DNA from: Auanema rhodensis
Taxonomy: Eukaryota > Animalia > Nematoda
Length of the DNA stretch: 64,000 nucleotides
Direction: 5' to 3'
NCBI GenBank assembly: GCA_964057225.1
Contig: OZ059896.1
Span: forward strand, 20,522,001-20,586,000
Shown here: one piece after another, positions 55,108 to 64,000 of the stretch
How positions within the stretch are numbered: position 1 is the stretch's first letter
How the letters are laid out: every line of letters starts with the position of its first letter
Notes under the pieces: model-generated
Databases searched by the model: none
Told to the model about the DNA's origin: nothing
What the model saw: only the letters and a program-made list of their open reading frames with translations
Made by a program: the position numbers and the translations under genes

Positions 55108-58100
55108 TTATATCAGTTGATATCTCGGTGCATTTTTAAGCTAGCGCAAATCTGATAACACAGATCGACGCAGCTCAAAAATCCGCATCGAATGCACTAT
55201 ACTACATTGAGAAACGTTTGAAACAAAAATTAGTTATGATCGTTTGAAAAATGATGCATTAGTGTATGTTGAGTTTCCATGTACACTCAACATTGCTTCC
55301 AAAAACATTTTGACAAAAATTTTTTCGAAAAATTTCAAAATAATTTAGCAAAAAGTAGATGTTTTTAGATTCCTTTTTTCAAGGCAAAGACGATGGACAA
55401 TGTTATTCAACGAAAAAATTAATTCTTCAGGGTGAAAATCGAGGATATAAGTGTGAACTTACATCAGTTGATATCTCGGTGCATTTTTAAGCTAGCGCAA
55501 ATCTGATAACACAGATCGACGCAGCTTAAAAATCCGCATCGAATGCACTATACTACATTGAGAAACGTTTGATACAAAAATTAGTTATGATCGTTTGAAA
55601 AATGATGCATTAGTGTATGTTGAGTTTCCATGTACACTCAACATTGCTTCCAAAAACATTTTGACAAAAATTTTTTCGAAAAATTTCAAAATAATTTAGC
55701 AAAAAGTAGATGTTTTTAGATTCCTGTTTTTAAGGCAAAGACGATGGACAATGTTATTCAACGAAAAAATTAATTCTTCAGGGTGAAAATCGAGGATATA
55801 AGTGTGAACTTATATCAGTTGATATCTCGGTGCATTTTTAAGCTAGCGCAAATCTGATAACACAGATCGACGCAGCTTAAAAATTCGCATCGAATGCACT
55901 ATACTACATTGAGAAACGCTTGATACAAAAATTAGTTATGATCGTTTGAAAAATGATGCATTAGTGTATGTTGAGTTTCCATGTACACTCAACATTGCTT
56001 CCAAAAACATTTTGACAAAAATTTTTTCGAAAAATTTCAAAATAATTTAGCAAAAAGTAGATGTTTTTAGATTCCTTTTTTCAAGGCAAAGACGATGGAC
56101 AATGTTATTCAGCGAAAAAATTAATTCTTCAGGGTGAAAATCGAGGATATAAGTGTGAACTTACATCAGTTGATATCTCGGTGCATTTTTAAGCTAGCGC
56201 AAATCTGATAACACAGATCGACGCAGCTTAAAAATCCGCATCGAATGCACTATACTACATTGAGAAACGTTTGATACAAAAATTAGTTATGATCGTTTGA
56301 AAAATGATGCATTAGTGTATGTTGAGTTTCCATGTACACTCAACATTGCTTCCAAAAACATTTTGACAAAAATTTTTTCGAAAAATTTCAAAATAATTTA
56401 GCAAAAAGTAGATGTTTTTAGATTCCTGTTTTTAAGGCAAAGACGATGGACAATGTTATTCAACGAAAAAATTAATTCTTCAGGGTGAAAATCGAGGATA
56501 TAAGTGTGAACTTATATCAGTTGATATCTCGGTGCATTTTTAAGCTAGCGCAAATCTGATAACACAGATCGACGCAGCTTAAAAATTCGCATCGAATGCA
56601 CTATACTACATTGAGAAACGCTTGATACAAAAATTAGTTATGATCGTTTGAAAAATGATGCATTAGTGTATGTTGAGTTTCCATGTACACTCAACATTGC
56701 TTCCAAAAACATTTTGACAAAAATTTTTTCGAAAAATTTCAAAATAATTTAGCAAAAAGTAGATGTTTTTAGATTCCTTTTTTCAAGGCAAAGACGATGG
56801 ACAATGTTATTCAACGAAAAAATTAATTCTTCAGGGTGAAAATCGAGGATATAAGTGTGAACTTACATCAGTTGATATCTCGGTGCATTTTTAAGCTAGC
56901 GCAAATCTGATAACACAGATCGACGCAGCTTAAAAATCCGCATCGAATGCACTATACTACATTGAGAAACGTTTGAAACAAAAATTAGTTATGATCGTTT
57001 GAAAAATGATGCATTAGTGTATGTTGAGTTTCCATGTACACTCAACATTGCTTCCAAAAACATTTTGACAAAAATTTTTTCGAAAAATTTCAAAATAATT
57101 TAGCAAAAAGTAGATGTTTTTAGATTCCTTTTTTCAAGGCAAAGACGATGGACAATGTTATTCAACGAAAAAATTAATTCTTCAGGGTGAAAATCGAGGA
57201 TATAAGTGTGAACTTACATCAGTTGATATCTCGGTGCATTTTTAAGCTAGCGCAAATCTGATAACACAGATCGACGCAGCTTAAAAATCCGCATCGAATG
57301 CACTATACTACATTGAGAAACGTTTGATACAAAAATTAGTTATGATCGTTTGAAAAATGATGCATTAGTGTATGTTGAGTTTCCATGTACACTCAACATT
57401 GCTTCCAAAAACATTTTGACAAAAATTTTTTCGAAAAATTTCAAAATAATTTAGCAAAAAGTAGATGTTTTTAGATTCCTGTTTTTAAGGCAAAGACGAT
57501 GGACAATGTTATTCAACGAAAAAATTAATTCTTCAGGGTGAAAATCGAGGATATAAGTGTGAACTTATATCAGTTGATATCTCGGTGCATTTTTAAGCTA
57601 GCGCAAATCTGATAACACAGATCGACGCAGCTTAAAAATTCGCATCGAATGCACTATACTACATTGAGAAACGCTTGATACAAAAATTAGTTATGATCGT
57701 TTGAAAAATGATGCATTAGTGTATGTTGAGTTTCCATGTACACTCAACATTGCTTCCAAAAACATTTTGACAAAAATTTTTTCGAAAAATTTCAAAATAA
57801 TTTAGCAAAAAGTAGATGTTTTTAGATTCCTTTTTTCAAGGCAAAGACGATGGACAATGTTATTCAACGAAAAAATTAATTCTTCAGGGTGAAAATCGAG
57901 GATATAAGTGTGAACTTACATCAGTTGATATCTCGGTGCATTTTTAAGCTAGCGCAAATCTGATAACACAGATCGACGCAGCTTAAAAATCCGCATCGAA
58001 TGCACTATACTACATTGAGAAACGTTTGATACAAAAATTAGTTATGATCGTTTGAAAAATGATGCATTAGTGTATGTTGAGTTTCCATGTACACTCAACA

Positions 58101-59670
58101 TTGCTTCCAAAAACATTTTGACAAAAATTTTTTCGAAAAATTTCAAAATAATTTAGCAAAAAGTAGATGTTTTTAGATTCCTGTTTTTAAGGCAAAGACG
58201 ATGGACAATGTTATTCAACGAAAAAATTAATTCTTCAGGGTGAAAATCGAGGATATAAGTGTGAACTTATATCAGTTGATATCTCGGTGCATTTTTAAGC
58301 TAGCGCAAATCTGATAACACAGATCGACGCAGCTTAAAAATTCGCATCGAATGCACTATACTACATTGAGAAACGCTTGATACAAAAATTAGTTATGATC
58401 GTTTGAAAAATGATGCATTAGTGTATGTTGAGTTTCCATGTACACTCAACATTGCTTCCAAAAACATTTTGACAAAAATTTTTTCGAAAAATTTCAAAAT
58501 AATTTAGCAAAAAGTAGATGTTTTTAGATTCCATTTTTCAAGGCAAAGACGATGGACAATGTTATTTAACGAAAAAATTAATTCTTCAGGGTGAAAATCG
58601 AGGATATAAGTGTGAACTTATATCAGTTGATATCTCGGTGCATTTTTAAGCTAGCGCAAATCTGATAACACAGATCGACGCAGCTCAAAAATCCGCATCG
58701 AATGCACTATACTACATTGAGAAACGTTTGAAACAAAAATTAGTTATGATCGTTTGAAAAATGATGCATTAGTGTATGTTGAGTTTCCATGTACACTCAA
58801 CATTGCTTCCAAAAACATTTTGACAAAAATTTTTTCGAAAAATTTCAAAATAATTTAGCAAAAAGTAGATGTTTTTAGATTCCTTTTTTCAAGGCAAAGA
58901 CGATGGACAATGTTATTCAACGAAAAAATTAATTCTTCAGGGTGAAAATCGAGGATATAAGTGTGAACTTACATCAGTTGATATCTCGGTGCATTTTTAA
59001 GCTAGCGCAAATCTGATAACACAGATCGACGCAGCTTAAAAATCCGCATCGAATGCACTATACTACATTGAGAAACGTTTGATACAAAAATTAGTTATGA
59101 TCGTTTGAAAAATGATGCATTAGTGTATGTTGAGTTTCCATGTACACTCAACATTGCTTCCAAAAACATTTTGACAAAAATTTTTTCGAAAAATTTCAAA
59201 ATAATTTAGCAAAAAGTAGATGTTTTTAGATTCCTGTTTTTAAGGCAAAGACGATGGACAATGTTATTCAACGAAAAAATTAATTCTTCAGGGTGAAAAT
59301 CGAGGATATAAGTGTGAACTTATATCAGTTGATATCTCGGTGCATTTTTAAGCTAGCGCAAATCTGATAACACAGATCGACGCAGCTTAAAAATTCGCAT
59401 CGAATGCACTATACTACATTGAGAAACGCTTGATACAAAAATTAGTTATGATCGTTTGAAAAATGATGCATTAGTGTATGTTGAGTTTCCATGTACACTC
59501 AACATTGCTTCCAAAAACATTTTGACAAAAATTTTTTCGAAAAATTTCAAAATAATTTAGCAAAAAGTAGATGTTTTTAGATTTCTTTTTTTAAGGCAAA
59601 GACGATGGACAATGTTATTCAACGAAAAAATTAATTCTTCAGGGTGAAAATCGAGGATATAAGTGTGAAC
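55108..59670 (+). repeat. Second 5-monomer (1755-bp) higher-order repeat, ~2.6 copies
   Basis: T115A monomers at m158/163/168 are each followed by alternating T268G and C76T monomers (pattern Q R S R S). Confidence 0.75.
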
Positions 59671-60372
59671 TTATATCAGTTGATATCTCGGTGCATTTTT
59701 AAGCTAGCGCAAATCTGATAACACAGATCGACGCAGTTTAAAAATCTGCATCGAATGCACTATACTACATCAAGAAACGCTTGATACAAAAATTAGTTAT
59801 GATCGTTTGAAAAATGATGCATTAGTGTATGTTGAGTTTCCATGTACACTCAACATTGCTTCCAAAAACATTTTGACAAAAATTTTTTCGAAAAATTTCA
59901 AAATAATTTAGCAAAAAGTAGATGTTTTTAGATTCCATTTTTCAAGGCAAAGACGATAGACAATGTTATTCAACGAAAAAATTAATTCTTCAGGGTGAAA
60001 ATCGAGGATATAAGTGTGAACTTATATCAGTTGATATCTCGGTGCATTTTTAAGCTAGCGCAAATCTGATAACACAGATCGACGCAGCTTAAAAATCCGC
60101 ATCGATTGCACTATACTACATTGAGAAACGTTTGATACAAAAATTAGTTATGATCGTTTGAAAAATGATGCATTAGTGTATGTTGAGTTTCCATGTACAC
60201 TCAACATTGCTTCCAAAAACATTTTGACAAAAATTTTTTCGAAAAATTTCAAAATAATTTAGCAAAAAGTAGATGTTTTTAGATTCCATTTTTCAAGGCA
60301 AAGACGATAGACAATGTTATTCAACGAAAAAATTAATTCTTCAGGGTGCAAATCGAGGATATAAGTGTGAAC

Positions 60373-63300
60373 TTACATCAGTTGATATCTCGGTGCATTT
60401 TTAAGCTAGCGCAAATCTGATAACACAGATCGACGCAGCTTAAAAATCCGCATCGAATGCACTATACTACATTGAGAAACGCTTAATACAAAAATTAGTT
60501 ATGATCGTTTGAAAAATGATGCATTAGTGTATGTTGAGTTTCCATGTACACTCAACATTGCTTCCAAAAACATTTTGACAAAAATTTTTTCGAAAAATTT
60601 CAAAATAATTTAGCAAAAAGTAGATGTTTTTAGATTCCTTTTTTTAAGGCAAAGACGATGGACAATGTTATTCAACGAAAAAATTAATTCTTCAGGGTGA
60701 AAATCGAGGATATAAGTGTGAACTTATATCAGTTGATATCTCGGTGCATTTTTAAGCTAGCGCAAATCTGATAACACAGATCGACGCAGCTTAAAAATCT
60801 GCATCGAATGCACTATACTACATCAAGAAACGCTTGATACAAAAATTAGTTATGATCGTTTGAAAAATGATGCATTAGTGTATGTTGAGTTTCCATGTAC
60901 ACTCAACATTGCTTCCAAAAACATTTTGACAAAATTTTTTTCGAAAAATTTCAAAATAATTTAGCAAACAGTAGATGTTTTTAGATTCCATTTTTCAAGG
61001 CAAAGACGATAGACAATGTTATTCTACGAAAAAATTAATTCTTCAGGGTGAAAATCGAGGATATAAGTGTGAACTTATATCAGTTGATATCTCGGTGCAT
61101 TTTTAAGCTAGCGCAAATCTGATAACACAGATCGACGCAGCTTAAAAATCCACATCGAATGCACTATACTACATTGAGAAACGCTTGATACAAAAATTAG
61201 TTATGATCGTTTGAAAAATGATGCATTAGTGTATGTTGAGTTTCCATGTACACTCAACATTGCTTCCAAAAACATTTTGACAAAAATTTTTTCGAAAAAT
61301 TTCAAAATAATTTAGCAAAAAGTAGATGTTTTTAGATTCCTTTTTTCAAGGCAAAGACGATGGACAATGTTATTCAACGAAAAAATTAATTCTTCAGGGT
61401 GAAAATCGAGGATATAAGTGTGAACTTATATCAGTTGATATCTCGGTGCATTTTTAAGCTAGCGCAAATCTGATAACACAGATCGGCGCAGCTTAAAATC
61501 CGCATCGAATGCACTATACTACATTGAGAAACGCTTGATACAAAAATTAGTTATGATCGTTTGAAAAATGATGCATTAGTGTATGTTGAGTTTCCATGTA
61601 CACTCAACATTGCTTCCAAAAACATTTTGACAAAAATTTTTTCGAAAAATTTCAAAATAATTTAGCAAAAAGTAGATGTTTTTAGATTCCTTTTTTCAAG
61701 GCAAAGACGATGGACAATGTTATTCAACGAAAAAATTAATTCTTCAGGGTGAAAATCGAGGATATAAGTGTGAACTTATATCAGTTGATATCTCGGTGCA
61801 TTTTTAAGCTAGCGCAAATCTGATAACACAGATCGGCGCAGCTTAAAATCCGCATCGAATGCACTATACTACATTGAGAAACGCTTGATACAAAAATTAG
61901 TTATGATCGTTTGAAAAATGATGCATTAGTGTATGTTGAGTTTCCATGTACACTCAACATTGCTTCCAAAAACATTTTGACAAAAATTTTTTCGAAAAAT
62001 TTCAAAATAATTTAGCAAAAAGTAGATGTTTTTAGATTCCATTTTTCAAGGCAAAGACGATAGACAATGTTATTCAACGAAAAAATTAATTCTTCAGGGT
62101 GAAAATCGAGGATATAAGTGTGAACTTACATCAGTTGATATCTCGGTGCATTTTTAAGCTAGCGCAAATCTGATAACACAGATCGACGCAGCTTAAAAAT
62201 CCGCATCGAATGCACTATACTACATTGAGAAACGCTTAATACAAAAATTAGTTATGATCGTTTGAAAAATGATGCATTAGTGTATGTTGAGTTTCCATGT
62301 ACACTCAACATTGCTTCCAAAAACATTTTGACAAAAATTTTTTCGAAAAATTTCAAAATAATTTAGCAAAAAGTAGATGTTTTTAGATTCCTTTTTTTAA
62401 GGCAAAGACGATGGACAATGTTATTCAACGAAAAAATTAATTCTTCAGGGTGAAAATCGAGGATATAAGTGTGAACTTACATCAGTTGATATCTCGGTGC
62501 ATTTTTAAGCTAGCGCAAATCTGATAACACAGATCGACGCAGCTTAAAAATCCGCATCGAATGCACTATACTACATTGAGAAACGCTTAATACAAAAATT
62601 AGTTATGATCGTTTGAAAAATGATGCATTAGTGTATGTTGAGTTTCCATGTACACTCAACATTGCTTCCAAAAACATTTTGACAAAATTTTTTTCGAAAA
62701 ATTTCAAAATAATTTAGCAAACAGTAGATGTTTTTAGATTCCATTTTTCAAGGCAAAGACGATAGACAATGTTATTCTACGAAAAAATTAATTCTTCAGG
62801 GTGAAAATCGAGGATATAAGTGTGAACTTATATCAGTTGATATCTCGGTGCATTTTTAAGCTAGCGCAAATCTGATAACACAGATCGACGCAGCTTAAAA
62901 ATCCACATCGAATGCACTATACTACATTGAGAAACGCTTGATACAAAAATTAGTTATGATCGTTTGAAAAATGATGCATTAGTGTATGTTGAGTTTCCAT
63001 GTACACTCAACATTGCTTCCAAAAACATTTTGACAAAAATTTTTTCGAAAAATTTCAAAATAATTTAGCAAAAAGTAGATGTTTTTAGATTCCTTTTTTC
63101 AAGGCAAAGACGATGGACAATGTTATTCAACGAAAAAATTAATTCTTCAGGGTGAAAATCGAGGATATAAGTGTGAACTTATATCAGTTGATATCTCGGT
63201 GCATTTTTAAGCTAGCGCAAATCTGATAACACAGATCGGCGCAGCTTAAAATCCGCATCGAATGCACTATACTACATTGAGAAACGCTTGATACAAAAAT

Positions 63301-64000
63301 TAGTTATGATCGTTTGAAAAATGATGCATTAGTGTATGTTGAGTTTCCATGTACACTCAACATTGCTTCCAAAAACATTTTGACAAAAATTTTTTCGAAA
63401 AATTTCAAAATAATTTAGCAAAAAGTAGATGTTTTTAGATTCCTTTTTTCAAGGCAAAGACGATGGACAATGTTATTCAACGAAAAAATTAATTCTTCAG
63501 GGTGAAAATCGAGGATATAAGTGTGAACTTATATCAGTTGATATCTCGGTGCATTTTTAAGCTAGCGCAAATCTGATAACACAGATCGGCGCAGCTTAAA
63601 ATCCGCATCGAATGCACTATACTACATTGAGAAACGCTTGATACAAAAATTAGTTATGATCGTTTGAAAAATGATGCATTAGTGTATGTTGAGTTTCCAT
63701 GTACACTCAACATTGCTTCCAAAAACATTTTGACAAAAATTTTTTCGAAAAATTTCAAAATAATTTAGCAAAAAGTAGATGTTTTTAGATTCCATTTTTC
63801 AAGGCAAAGACGATAGACAATGTTATTCAACGAAAAAATTAATTCTTCAGGGTGAAAATCGAGGATATAAGTGTGAACTTACATCAGTTGATATCTCGGT
63901 GCATTTTTAAGCTAGCGCAAATCTGATAACACAGATCGACGCAGCTTAAAAATCCGCATCGAATGCACTATACTACATTGAGAAACGCTTAATACAAAAA
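60373..64000 (+). repeat. 5-monomer higher-order repeat of 1753 bp (3x351 + 2x350), 2 copies plus the start of a third
   Basis: m173-177 is repeated as m178-182, sharing A212T/A246C/A302T, G78A, A61G plus a 1-bp deletion (twice per unit) and G288A. The third unit starts at 63879. Confidence 0.9.

Larger units (their letters stand above)
1..64000 (+). repeat. Tandem satellite DNA array, 351-bp monomer, ~182.3 copies, open at both window ends
   Basis: TTA(T/C)ATCAGTTGATATCTCGG recurs at 1, 352, 703 and so on, and stays in exact 351-bp phase (7021, 14041, 21061, 28081, 35101, 42121, 49141, 56161). All copies have the same orientation, with no unique sequence between them. Confidence 0.99.

Noticed and set aside
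59671-61074. Further stop-codon losses in the same frame (TGA101>CAA in m171/m174, TGA326>TGC in m172), with 351 divisible by 3, hinting at a coding repeat
   Set aside because: That frame has seven stops per consensus monomer (p11, 35, 101, 239, 326, 341, 347). The losses never combine, and G288A creates a new TAG in the same monomers.
1-64000. CRISPR array or other repeat-spacer system
   Set aside because: There are no unique spacers; the entire 351 bp repeats, and no cas-like ORF is present.

Overview
The whole 64-kb window is one uninterrupted head-to-tail tandem satellite array on the + strand: about 182.3 copies of a 351-bp monomer, about 32% GC by hand count. Monomer n (mn) starts at 1+351(n-1) up to m176; positions within a monomer are written pN, with p1 = window position 1. 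Copies differ by only a few substitutions. The only indels seen are four 1-bp deletions after 61,490. I found no credible genes, RNA genes, mobile elements or CRISPR array; the 13 listed ORFs come from one TAG>CAG variant at p239. The pattern fits eukaryotic (peri)centromeric or heterochromatic satellite DNA, but I do not recognise the family or organism. Points of interest: (i) the monomer is densely packed with inverted repeats; (ii) diagnostic SNPs reveal nested higher-order structure, including a recurring 5-monomer (~1.75-kb) period built from different monomer sets, block duplications and long-range copies; (iii) there is a sharp switch to another subfamily near 59.7 kb. Monomer typing was done by eye and needs alignment to confirm. 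I see no convincing evidence for a novel protein-coding system.
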